NCBI GenBank assembly: GCA_963806225.1
Contig: CAWDXG010000004.1
Coordinates: 3,104,001 to 3,168,000 of the forward strand
Length of the DNA: 64,000 bases
Origin: an uncultured delta proteobacterium
GTDB taxonomy: Bacteria > Myxococcota_A > Polyangia > Polyangiales > Polyangiaceae
Direction: 5' to 3'
A model generated the notes under the pieces. The model was not told the DNA's origin and did not search any database. It saw only the letters and a list, made by a program, of their open reading frames with translations. The position numbers were made by a program, and so were the translations under genes. This document shows positions 53,963 to 64,000 of the stretch, piece after piece (within the stretch, counting starts at the first letter, position 1; each line of letters opens with the position of its first letter).

Positions 53963-54481
53963 ATGCCGCCCGCCATCAGCGTCCGCCGCGCCGGACCCGA
54001 CGACGCCGATGCGATCCACCGCTTTGTCTGCGAGCTAGCGCGCTACGAACGGGAGCCCGATGCGGTCGAGGCGACACCGGCGTCGCTTCGCGCAGACCTC
54101 GAAGCCGACACTCCTCCGTTCGAGTGTCTGATCGCGGAGCTCGACGCCGAGCCTGTCGGCTTCGCGCTCTTCTTCCACAACTATTCCACGTGGCGCGGAA
54201 GGCGGGGCCTCTACCTCGAGGATCTGTTCGTGAGCGAACGCCATCGCGGCTCTGGCGCCGGACGCGCGCTGCTCTCGGCGCTCGCGCGGCTCGCCATGGA
54301 ACGAGGCTGTGCCCGCATGGAGTGGGCGGTGCTCGACTGGAACCAGCCCGCCATCGATTTCTACCGTTCGCTCGGCGCCGAGCCGCTCGGCGACTGGACG
54401 CTGTTCCGGCTTGCCGGTCCCGCGCTGGAACGCGTCGCGGGCTCGGCCCGCAGCCCGGACAGCGACGCAGAACCTGAATAA
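53963..54481 (+). CDS. GNAT N-acetyltransferase (diamine acetyltransferase-like)
   Basis: LARYE, NYSTW, LYLEDLFV, RGSGAG and VLDWNQPAIDFY. Confidence 0.92.
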   Translation: MPPAISVRRAGPDDADAIHRFVCELARYEREPDAVEATPASLRADLEADTPPFECLIAELDAEPVGFALFFHNYSTWRGRRGLYLEDLFVSERHRGSGAGRALLSALARLAMERGCARMEWAVLDWNQPAIDFYRSLGAEPLGDWTLFRLAGPALERVAGSARSPDSDAEPE

Positions 54482-54531
54482 CTCCAATCGGTTAGGACCT
54501 GTTGTCGTTCGCTGCTGCGCGCCGACTGCGC

Positions 54532-54547
54532 TGTGATAGTTTTCACG
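54532..54547 (+). promoter_or_regulatory. CRP/FNR-family-like palindrome (also fits an extended -10 element)
   Basis: TGTGA-TAGTTT-TCACG, about 30 nt upstream of the thiolase ATG. Confidence 0.4.
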
Positions 54548-54578
54548 CGAAACATTTTCCCCGACGGAGGTCACGCCC

Positions 54579-55811
<1,233 letters not shown>

Positions 55812-55834
55812 GCGCGCCGCCCGGGAAAAGGTCC

Positions 55835-55877
55835 GTCCGCCCCAGCGGCTTGCGCGCCGCCGGGGCGGACTTATCTT
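55835..55877 (+). terminator. Probable intrinsic terminator after the thiolase
   Basis: GTCCGCCCC-a-GCGGC-ttgcgc-GCCGC-c-GGGGCGGAC followed by TTATCTT. Confidence 0.5.
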
Positions 55878-55887
55878 GAAGAGGTCA

Positions 55888-56167
55888 ATGCGTCGACAAG
55901 CCTCACCCCAGCCCGTCCCCGCGCGCCGTCGTTCGCTGCCGGTCGTCGGCAGCACCGTCGGCGGCGTGGCGTTTCTTCAAGGACCGCAAGGCATCGCTGT
56001 TCGTGAAGATCCTGTTCCTGCTCGCGCTGGCCTACGTGGTCATGCCGGTGGACGCCGTGCCGGACGTGATTCCCGTCGTCGGCTGGCTCGACGATCTCGG
56101 CGTGGTTGCCATCGCCAGCGCGTTCCTGTGGCGCGCGATCGAACCGTACCGCTACATCGACGCCTGA
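55888..56167 (+). CDS. YkvA/DUF1232 small membrane protein; frameshift near 55960; not in the ORF track
   Basis: Own translation from 55961: WRFFKDRKASLFVKILFLLALAYVVMPVDAVPDVIPVVGWLDDLGVV. GAGG RBS before ATG 55888. Confidence 0.82.
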
Positions 56168-57262
56168 TCAGGGGCAGCCCACCGGGGCGATCGACACGTC
56201 GTCGATGTACCAGCCTCCGGTGTTCGGGTGGCAAAACGGGTCGATGTCGTAGCTCGCGAAGCGGAAGCGGACCTTGAAGCCCGCCACCGCGTAGCTCGAG
56301 ATGTCCGCCTCCGCGTACTGCCAGGAACCGTTGGTCGCGGTTCCGAAGCCGTTCTGGCCGTCGATGGCGCAGGGCTGGCACGTGGGGCCCGCGTCGGCGC
56401 TGGTCGAGTAGCATTCGATCTTCGTGCCGTTGTAGCCCGACGTCGGCGTGACCTTGTGCCACTGCGAGCCGTCGTACACCTCGACGAGTCCGCCGGAGTA
56501 CTGCGACTTGTCGAGCGTGCACACCAGGCCGCACAGCCCGCCCGAATTGCACGTGCGGAACGCGTGCCAGTGCCAGAACCTGACCCGTAGCGCCTGCCCC
56601 GAGTACGCGCTCAGATCGACAGCCGGGGACTCGAGATACGAGTCCTCGCAGGTGTTGGCCTTGCCCGACAGGTTCGTCGCCCACAGCTGGCCGCCGCCAT
56701 CGTGATCGCCGCCCGGACCCGAGCTCGGCACACCGCAGCTCCAGTCGTCGTTCGTGCCGCTGTGCGACCATCCGCCGGCGCAGCTGGTAAAGTCGAACGA
56801 TTGGATCGCGCAGCTTCCGCCCGTGCCGCCGCTGCCGCCCGTGGCCGTGCCGCCGCTGCCGCCCGTGGCCGTGCCGCCGCTGCCGCCCGTGGCCGTGCCG
56901 CCGCTGCCGCCCGTAGCTGTGCCGCCGCTACCGCCCGTAGCTGTGCCGCCCGTACCCCCGGTGCCTGCCGCCCCGCCGACCCCGCCGGCGGAGCCGCCCG
57001 CAGCGCCGCTTCCACCAGGACCACTACCCCCCGTTGCTTTTCCGCCGGCACCGCCGGCCGTGCTTCCCGATGTTCCGCCGGCCGCGCTGGCATCCGCGCC
57101 ACCGTTGCCACCGTTGCCACCGTTGCCATCGCCACCGGGAACCAGGCCCTGGCTCTTGGCGCACGACGACGCCACGACACCAGCTCCCAGAAGCAGTGCG
57201 AAGAAGCTGAAGTACCGGCGGGAAGACCGCCCCCCGGAAGAAGCCCCGAAGCGTCCGAGCAC
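56168..57262 (-). CDS. Lipoprotein with Gly-rich linker and C-terminal beta-sandwich domain
   Basis: VASS-C lipobox, GGTATGGS repeats, YLESPAVDLS, FKVRFRF and GWYIDDV. Confidence 0.8.
   Translation of the reverse strand: MLGRFGASSGGRSSRRYFSFFALLLGAGVVASSCAKSQGLVPGGDGNGGNGGNGGADASAAGGTSGSTAGGAGGKATGGSGPGGSGAAGGSAGGVGGAAGTGGTGGTATGGSGGTATGGSGGTATGGSGGTATGGSGGTATGGSGGTGGSCAIQSFDFTSCAGGWSHSGTNDDWSCGVPSSGPGGDHDGGGQLWATNLSGKANTCEDSYLESPAVDLSAYSGQALRVRFWHWHAFRTCNSGGLCGLVCTLDKSQYSGGLVEVYDGSQWHKVTPTSGYNGTKIECYSTSADAGPTCQPCAIDGQNGFGTATNGSWQYAEADISSYAVAGFKVRFRFASYDIDPFCHPNTGGWYIDDVSIAPVGCP
56820..56955 (-). repeat. 24-bp coding tandem repeat, about 5 copies (GGTATGGS)
   Basis: Repeating CCGCCCGT(G/A)GC(C/T)GTGCCGCCGCT(G/A) on the + strand. 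Confidence 0.85.
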
Positions 57263-57371
57263 GCGGGCAGACTAGCTGGTGCTTGTGCACCGCGCCATAC
57301 GAAGCGGGAAGCACTCCGAAGCTCTGGACGACACGCGCCTACATCCGAGCACACGGTGCTCGGCGACGCGA

Positions 57372-60300
57372 TCAGGGGAACGGCGGACCGCGATCGGCGG
57401 CCTTCGCCTTCGTGACCATGTCAACCGGTGCCGCATTGCGCGCAGCGACCTTGGAGGCCTGGGTCAGGATGTCCGGGTTGATGGCCACGTGCGACTCCAG
57501 ACCCGACACCGCGCCGTGGCAGTTGCCGCACAGACCGTTGAAGAGCTTGTGCGGGAAGCCCTGACGCACGACCTCACCCGGATAGAACTGCATTTCCTCG
57601 CGCTGGAAGTGCTGTCGTGGGCGCGGAGTCGCCGCCAAGCTGGATGGTCGTGGAGAGCACGATGGGCATGCCACCCGGGATCTCGAAGCGGGTGGAGCCG
57701 TCGTCGAGGATGTCCATCGCTGCCGAGCGGGCGACGCCGCACGTACATCTTCCCGTATTGATCCTGGGCCAGGAAGCTGCCGCTCTGATCCACGCTCTTG
57801 ATGCCCTTCGCGGGCGGTAGATCCTCCCACACCTGCACGCTGGGTGGTGTCGGGCGGCATCAGACGACCGGAGCGCGTGTTCTGGAACACAAGGCTCGCG
57901 AGCAGCGGCATGTCGAGAACGGTGATCTCCGAACGGTCCTTGCGATCTGGAGTCGTGTACACGTGGGTCGCGCCGTTCGGCTCGTCGAGCTTGGACTGGT
58001 AGACGCCGTGGGGGTTGTAGTGCGCGTACACGGCGACCGGCCAGATCAGGTCGTCCGCGTCGCTGATGAGAGGCGTCCGCTGACCGGTGTGCGGGTCGAT
58101 CGAGAAGATGTCGAAGTTGCCCTTGAAGTTGGCAAGGTCCTTCACGTTCGCGGCGTAGCTCACCAGGATCTGCGCATTGGGCAGCGGCGAAGGATCACGG
58201 TACGCGCCCTGCGTCTTGTCGAGCTTGCCGGTCGCCGCGGGGTCCAGCAGCGACATGGAGTGCTGGTAGAAGCTCGGGTTCGGGTAGTCGACCGCGGTCG
58301 GATCCTGCAGGTAGTCCTTGGGATTGTCGCTGTGCTGGTCGATACCGACGCTGCGATTGACGAGTGCGAGCGCGCCGGCCGAGTGCTCGGCGCCCTTTTC
58401 ACTGACGATCGCCGCGAAGTCCTTGTTGGACAGCTCGACGACGTTCATCAGCTGGTTGTAGCCGATGGTGTCGCGCTGTCCGAACAGCGGATGGTAGTCG
58501 CCGCCGTCGAGGTTCTCGCGCCGACCTGCAAGCTGGTAGAAGCCGGGAGCGCGCTTTTCGGTAGTGAAGATGAGGCGGCCGTCGTTCATGAACGACGGAG
58601 CCAGCTCCTGGTTCAGGAGGAAGGTCAGCTGGCGGATCTTCCCGTTGTCGACGACGTACAGATTGGCGTTGGGCTTCGACGGGTCGGCGGGGCTTCGCTG
58701 CGGACCCTGGTAGTCGAATACGCCGGTGTTCATGATGTTCCCGCGCGTGGACGCGAACACCATGCGACCGTCCGGCGCGAAGGCGGGATCGAAGTTGTGG
58801 ATGACTTCGCCGTTGGTCGGCAGGGGCTTGCCGGTGGTCGTCCTTCGGCGCCGCGTTGACGAGCGGATCGGGCGCGCAGCTCGTCCCGTCGATCACGTAG
58901 ATCTTCAGCCCCTCGCTCGCCGAGGAGCGCGCGGCGAACGCGATCTTCTTGCCGTCCCAGCTCACCGCGGGGCGCCGCACATCCGCAGTCGACGGCGTTC
59001 AGCCCGCACATCGAGAGCAGGCTGGTGCCGGCGCCACCTACCTGCACCGCGCCGTGGGCATCCAGAGACGCCGGCGCGCGCATCAGATCCGCCCCCGGCT
59101 GATAGGTCGAGTAGTCCTGCGGCGTGTCCGGACCCGACGCGGGCGGCCGTTTCACGTAGACGATCCCGGAAAGCGGCGCTGCCGACGCCATGCGATCGGC
59201 ACGCTCCTTCTCGATCCAGGCCACGAGCACGCAGTACTCCGGCTGCTGATCGAGATCGCCGGTCGCTGCGGCATTCAGGTCGCACTGCGACGGGTCACCC
59301 CCCGAGGCCGAACAGGGGGCCGCCGCGATGGACCAGACCGCCCTCGGTAGGAGGCAGGTTCTTCTGGATGATGCGGCTGGCATTCGGGATCGGGCGAGTC
59401 GAGTGCGATCTGCTCGAGCGTCAGCTCGTAGTTGTGGCGCGTCGTCGCCACTCCGAAGTGCCCACCGCTGCCGCCTTGCAGGCGGTACTCGTGCCCCATC
59501 GCCGGCGAGTGACACCCGAGCTGCATGCAGCCGCGCTTGACGAGCATCGGCTGCACGCGCTTCGCGAAAAAGTCGAACCCCGCGTCCGTCGGCACGTGCA
59601 GCGGGCCGCCGCGCGCGTTGGCCCACTTGACGAGCGCCTTGTAGTCGGGGTCCGTGGGCGCGGTGAAGATGGTCCCGCCTTCGTGATACGCGCCGCCCTG
59701 TTCGGGAGCCAGAGCGCGTCTGCAGGATATCGCTCGCCGAAACGTCCTTGGAGACGTAGTCGCTGGCGGCAAAGTAGTTCCAGCGCTTCTGTTCAGGACT
59801 GGTGCCGCAGGTGAGGTAGAGCGAGTTGGACGGCGAGCCGTGGCAGTTGCCGTTCGCACAGCGCGTGCCGAGCACATTGTTCACCGACGCGACAAACTGG
59901 CCGTAGTCCTTGGTGGACGGGTCCTTGGTCGGATCGAACAGCTTGTCCGACCCCACCTTGGTGGTGCACGCCGAGAACGCCAACTTGGGGTGTATCAGCT
60001 GGGCGTTGTTGGCCTGCGCGCCGCGCTGGATCCAGCGCGAGAGGGTCGTAAACGAGCCACTCGTCAGGTCGAGCAGCGCGCGGCCGGAATGCGCGACGTC
60101 GGTCGTGATCTGCTGCGTCTTGCCGTCGTAGGACGACAGCGAGAGCTGGTACGGCTTCACGACCTTGAGCAGGAGCTCCGGCAGCCCGTAGGGCCCGTGG
60201 TTGATGAACAGATCGCGGCGCAGCGCGAGCGTGTTGTAGCTGGAGGTGTCGAGATTCCCGAGCGCATTGCCGTGGCTGTCGGCGCGCACGTGGCAGCTCG

Positions 60301-60463
60301 ACTTGGTCGGGCTCGTGGAGCACGACCCGGTGAGGATCGGACCGATATTGCGGTCGTAGAAGGTGGTCTTTCCTGCCGGCTGCCTCTGGCCGCAACCCAC
60401 CAGGAAAAGAGCTGCAAGCAACGTCGAAGCCGGCAGGAGCCGGCACGCTCCGTTCCAATTCAC
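57372..60463 (-). CDS. Multiheme, TolB-like propeller, HzsA-like lipoprotein; many frameshifts (about 59715, 59390-59320, 58985, 58840, 57840-57615)
   Basis: LVG-C lipobox. CX8CH, CX4CH, CX4CH and C-terminal CGNCH motifs. PD40-like repeats PAVSWDGKKIAFAAR, DPAFAPDGRMVFASTR and PSFMNDGRLIF; EMQFYPGE. Confidence 0.75.
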
Positions 60464-60561
60464 GACGGCGATCCTAGCATGGCCCGGCAAGACCGCCCGG
60501 GCGTTTCCCCTGGCCTACGACGCAGCATGCCGAGACAGAACCGGCTGACACCTTGCCCGCG

Positions 60562-61503
60562 CTAGAGACGCCTGAGAGCAATGGTGGCGGCGTCACGAAC
60601 GAGGCTGTTCGGGTCGTTCTGCGCGGCAGCGACGGCACTCCGGCCCGCGGAGTCTCCAATCTGGCCGAGAGCGGCGACCGCCGAGATACGCACGTCGGCA
60701 TCCGGCTCGTTGCCCGGATCGGCGAGCGCCGAGAGGCCGGCAACCGCGTCCACCGCGTGCATCGTGCCCAGCGCCTCGGCAGCGCCGCGCCTCACCAGCG
60801 GCGAGTCGTCGCTGATGAGCTTCACGACCGACGGAACCCCGGTGAACACGTTGACTCGCGTGGAAGCGTCCAGCGCCGCGAGACGCACGTTCACGTCGGG
60901 ATCCGACATGGCCTGCGCGATCTCGCTGTTCGGACCCTGGTTGTTCAGCCGCTTCAGCGCCTTGACCGAAGCCGTGCGCACCATCGCTGAAGGATCGTGG
61001 ATGGCCGCGTTGGCCACTACCGGCACGCCCGCTTCCGCGAGGAACTCACCGAGTGCCTGTGCAGCATAGGCGCGCTTCGACTCGGGCTGGCTCTGGTCCT
61101 GGAGCGTCTGGATCGTCCGCTGGTAGACCTGCCCCTTGCCGAACACGCCGAAGATGCGCCGCCGGAGCCACCAGGCGCTGATCTCGCGGTTCGTCGTGCT
61201 CGGGTCGTACAGGAGCTTGGCGACCATCGGGATGCAGTCGAGACACTCGACCCTCTCTGCGTGCTCGAGCGCCTGCCAGACCTGCGTGGGGGCAACGTTG
61301 CCCGAGGTGACGGCCTTGATGCGATCGACCGGGGTCACGTCTTCCAGCGACCCGGGGTCGAGGTCCTTGTAGACCCCGGCGCGGCCCGCGTAGATCGCTT
61401 GCGGCGACTCGGTCGACCCGTCGGCAAAGCCGGCGGCGGAAAAGAGCGTGGTAGCGCCCAGCACAAGCGCTCCGATGACGAGGTGACGATGGTTGGCTTT
61501 CAT
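60562..61503 (-). CDS. Secreted HEAT/PBS-lyase repeat protein
   Basis: AGGAG RBS and signal peptide. Repeats KRAYAAQALG, VRTASVKAL, VRRGAAEALG and VRISAVAALG; CLDC motif. Confidence 0.88.
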   Translation of the reverse strand: MKANHRHLVIGALVLGATTLFSAAGFADGSTESPQAIYAGRAGVYKDLDPGSLEDVTPVDRIKAVTSGNVAPTQVWQALEHAERVECLDCIPMVAKLLYDPSTTNREISAWWLRRRIFGVFGKGQVYQRTIQTLQDQSQPESKRAYAAQALGEFLAEAGVPVVANAAIHDPSAMVRTASVKALKRLNNQGPNSEIAQAMSDPDVNVRLAALDASTRVNVFTGVPSVVKLISDDSPLVRRGAAEALGTMHAVDAVAGLSALADPGNEPDADVRISAVAALGQIGDSAGRSAVAAAQNDPNSLVRDAATIALRRL

Positions 61504-61519
61504 GGCTCTTCTCCTGACC

Positions 61520-63853
61520 TCAGTTCTTGCCCGCGGTCGGGTCATACCCGTACGCGGCGAAGTTCGTGTTCTGGCGGCTGTAGAACTGGCCACCCATGTC
61601 GATGGCGCGGATCAGCATGGTCCGCTCGTCGCGGGTCAGCGTCACACCCACGTCCTCCGGATGCATGGTGCGCTTGCCACCCTTGATGCCGGGGTCCGAG
61701 AACGGCTGCCCGAGCGGCCAGGCCGTCTTCTTCGCGTCCACCGAGGAAGTCATGTTCAGCTTCTCGATCATCGCGCTCTCGCGGGCATCGCTCGGGATGG
61801 CCCATGTGGGCGGGACGGTGCCCTGCACGGTGGTGCCCTGCATGTTCATCTCCATCGCGAGCGCGGACGGGTAGAACAGCGACACGTACGACGCCGGGTA
61901 GGAGCCGGTCATGTTGTCGTAGGTGACCGTGATCGGGCGATCGCTCAGGTCCAGGCGCGGGATCTGGTACGGCGTCGTGGTCCCGGTGACCTGGTTGTTC
62001 ATCGTGACGGTGTAGAACTCCTGCGGCCCGTTCCCGTTCGTCGTCTGGTTGTGGCACTGCACGCACTTGGCGTTGAGCAGCGCCTGGATCTCGTTCGGGT
62101 TGTTCGCGTCGTTCGCCTTGGCCCACGGGTACTCGGTGCGCTGGGCGATCGGCTTGTCGAACTCCTGCGGTCCCTTACCGGCGGCGATCGTCAGCTGCTG
62201 GCCTCCGGCGAGGTTCGCCGCTGTGCGGCTCTCGTGGCAGCCGCCGCAGACGCGGGCTTCACCCGGCATTCCCTGGATCCAGGTGGTCTGCGTGCGGATC
62301 GACATCTCGAACTCGTCGAGCGGCTGCAGATGCATCGGGATGTAGGGCGGCACGTTCGCGAGCCAGGAACCGTCGTCGTACACCTTGGCCTCGCCGATCA
62401 TGGCGGCGCCTTCAGCCATGGTCAGACCGAACATGGTCACGCCCGGCGCGGCCTCGCTCGAGAAGCCCTCGATGATGCGCACCTTCTTGGCACCCTTCAG
62501 CGCCTGGTCCACCGGCGTGTTGTCGAACTCCGCGCCGCTGACGGTGTCGCCGTGGACGCTGTACAGCGAGGTGCGCGTGATATCCAGCGAGCCGAACACG
62601 GTCGGCGTGGTCGCGTCCTTCGTCGCCTGGATCGAGCCCCGGACGGGCGGCTCGGCGCGCTTGACCACCGGTTCGGCGTACAGCTCCCAGCTGTCCGGGT
62701 GGTTGACGACGAGCTGGTTGGAGCGACTGGCCGGATCGTAGACGTAGATGCCGTAGTCCGGCGGGGTCGCCGACAGCACGTTCTGGTCGTTCACGAAGCC
62801 GCTCGCCCACGACACCAGGATGCGGCCGTCGGGCAGCGAGCGGGGCGTGCGGTAGCGACCCGCGGGCGAGGCTTCCTTCCCGCGCGGCACCGCCGGCGTC
62901 AGGACGTCGTACTTGGGGCGCTCTTCGTCGAAGCGGCTCGGGTCGTTGGCAGCACGGGCGTCGATGCGCACCAGCGCGCCCGAGTGCAGCGTGCGGTCAC
63001 GCGACGTGGCCACGGCCAGGAACACGTTCGGCGTATTGGTCTCCGCCACCTGCACCAGCGAGTTGGCCGGCTTGCCGTGCTGTCCGGACACCGCAACGAT
63101 GTGCGTGCAGTCCGGATCCATCGCAAACAGCTTCAGGTCGTTGACGTTCTCGAGATGTTCCCAGCGCGAGAACCCGATGCGGCCGTCTGCCATCGAGAAC
63201 AGGTTCACCGAGTGGGACAGGTTCTGCGCGCACAGCTTGCGGTCGGCGTCGCCACCCTGCAGCGTGATGGTCGCGATCTGCGTGACCACGCGCGAGTGCT
63301 CGTACTCGTCGGCGCGCGTGCCCATCGAGGTGTAGCCCTCGTTCGTGATGAACGCGATCTTTCCGCCGGCGAGGAAGATCGGATGCAGATCGTCACGATC
63401 GCCGAAGGTCAGCTGGTGGATCGGGAACTTGCCGTTCACCTTCTTCAACCCCGCCCAGTACAGATGGTAGTGGTCTTTCGCGTCCTTCTTCATCGAGAAG
63501 ACGACCTTGGTCGCGTCGAAGCTCACGTTGAGGCTCGAGATGTCGGCCGTCTTGAACCCCGCGGTGATGTTCTCCGTCTTGCGCGTGCCGAGGTCATACA
63601 TCTCGACGCGCCCGCCGGGGTCGTAGCGCAGGTAGTCGACAACCTGGTCGGAGCCGCCAGAGACGTCGATCGTCACCTTGCCGTTCTCCACGATGGTGTG
63701 CTGCCGCACCGCGTAGACGATCTTGTTGAAGCTCTGGTTCGTCGGCTCCTCGGTGGGCTGTCCCGAGCAGCTCGCCGACAAGAGGCCAAGAGCCGCCACG
63801 AACGGCAACGCGAGGACGCCGAGGTGGCGTTTTTCGATCAGCTTCCGAGCCAT
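61520..63853 (-). CDS. Hydrazine synthase alpha-subunit-like (HzsA-related) diheme lipoprotein
   Basis: GGAGGAG RBS, SAS-C lipobox and TolB-like propeller repeats (DGRIGFSRWEH, LPDGRILVSW). LQPLDEFEMSI...WIQGMPGEARVCGGCHE at 62234-62248 and CVQCH at 62051-62065. Confidence 0.85.
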   Translation of the reverse strand: MARKLIEKRHLGVLALPFVAALGLLSASCSGQPTEEPTNQSFNKIVYAVRQHTIVENGKVTIDVSGGSDQVVDYLRYDPGGRVEMYDLGTRKTENITAGFKTADISSLNVSFDATKVVFSMKKDAKDHYHLYWAGLKKVNGKFPIHQLTFGDRDDLHPIFLAGGKIAFITNEGYTSMGTRADEYEHSRVVTQIATITLQGGDADRKLCAQNLSHSVNLFSMADGRIGFSRWEHLENVNDLKLFAMDPDCTHIVAVSGQHGKPANSLVQVAETNTPNVFLAVATSRDRTLHSGALVRIDARAANDPSRFDEERPKYDVLTPAVPRGKEASPAGRYRTPRSLPDGRILVSWASGFVNDQNVLSATPPDYGIYVYDPASRSNQLVVNHPDSWELYAEPVVKRAEPPVRGSIQATKDATTPTVFGSLDITRTSLYSVHGDTVSGAEFDNTPVDQALKGAKKVRIIEGFSSEAAPGVTMFGLTMAEGAAMIGEAKVYDDGSWLANVPPYIPMHLQPLDEFEMSIRTQTTWIQGMPGEARVCGGCHESRTAANLAGGQQLTIAAGKGPQEFDKPIAQRTEYPWAKANDANNPNEIQALLNAKCVQCHNQTTNGNGPQEFYTVTMNNQVTGTTTPYQIPRLDLSDRPITVTYDNMTGSYPASYVSLFYPSALAMEMNMQGTTVQGTVPPTWAIPSDARESAMIEKLNMTSSVDAKKTAWPLGQPFSDPGIKGGKRTMHPEDVGVTLTRDERTMLIRAIDMGGQFYSRQNTNFAAYGYDPTAGKN

Positions 63854-63910
63854 GTTGCAACTCCTCCGGGGACGAAACGTGCAACCCATACGTTGGGCTT
63901 GGTCGGTACC

Positions 63911-63927
63911 AAGCAGGATCCGCACCA
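63911..63927 (-). promoter_or_regulatory. Candidate sigma-54 (-24/-12) promoter of the HzsA-like operon
   Basis: Minus strand TGGTGCGGATCCTGCTT has GG-N10-GC spacing and lies about 58 nt upstream of ATG 63853. Confidence 0.55.
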
Positions 63928-64000
63928 CTTTCAAAACACCATGATTCCAAGCACTTGGAGCTGCATGTAGTAGGGGCCAGCCCCCATACCTGGCGGTCCG

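Noticed and set aside
57372..63853. Evidence of anammox metabolism
   Set aside because: Only HzsA-like domains are present, with no hzsB/hzsC or hao genes in the window. The Tyr ligand position is Thr, and the genomic context looks myxobacterial.

Overview
Very GC-rich chromosomal segment with no tRNA, rRNA, CRISPR array, transposase or phage genes that I can recognise. The gene content points to a myxobacterium, probably Polyangiaceae/Sorangiineae-like (inference): Cys-rich lipoproteins, a MYXO-CTERM-like tail, an AgmX/GltJ-like protein, a Ser/Thr kinase and sigma-54-type promoters. Many conserved genes carry single-base frameshifts (argD, argF, egtC, rsmG, PBP1A, kinase, sulfatase, acylase). 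These look like uncorrected long-read indels, so I rebuilt genes across frames, and some long ORFs in the supplied track are artefactual fusions. Ordinary content includes argD/argF, Fur, ergothioneine egtBCD, a 5'-3' exonuclease, rsmG, an AmgK-like kinase, RlpA, MFS, MscS, GH5, GH35, YrdC, ferredoxin, PBP1A, PgeF, GNAT and thiolase. The four most interesting items are: (1) a candidate sigma-54 operon with two hydrazine-synthase-alpha-like heme/beta-propeller lipoproteins flanking a secreted HEAT-repeat protein, with non-canonical CX4CH/CX8CH motifs (57.4-63.9 kb); (2) a YceI + Cyc2-like cytochrome-porin fusion + surface-anchored monoheme protein operon (29.5-32.0 kb); (3) an intact P1B-type ATPase with its catalytic motifs substituted, lying between argF and fur; (4) a lipoprotein whose N-terminal domain may have a gasdermin-like fold (37.4-39.0 kb). 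All assignments come from reading motifs; no searches were run.
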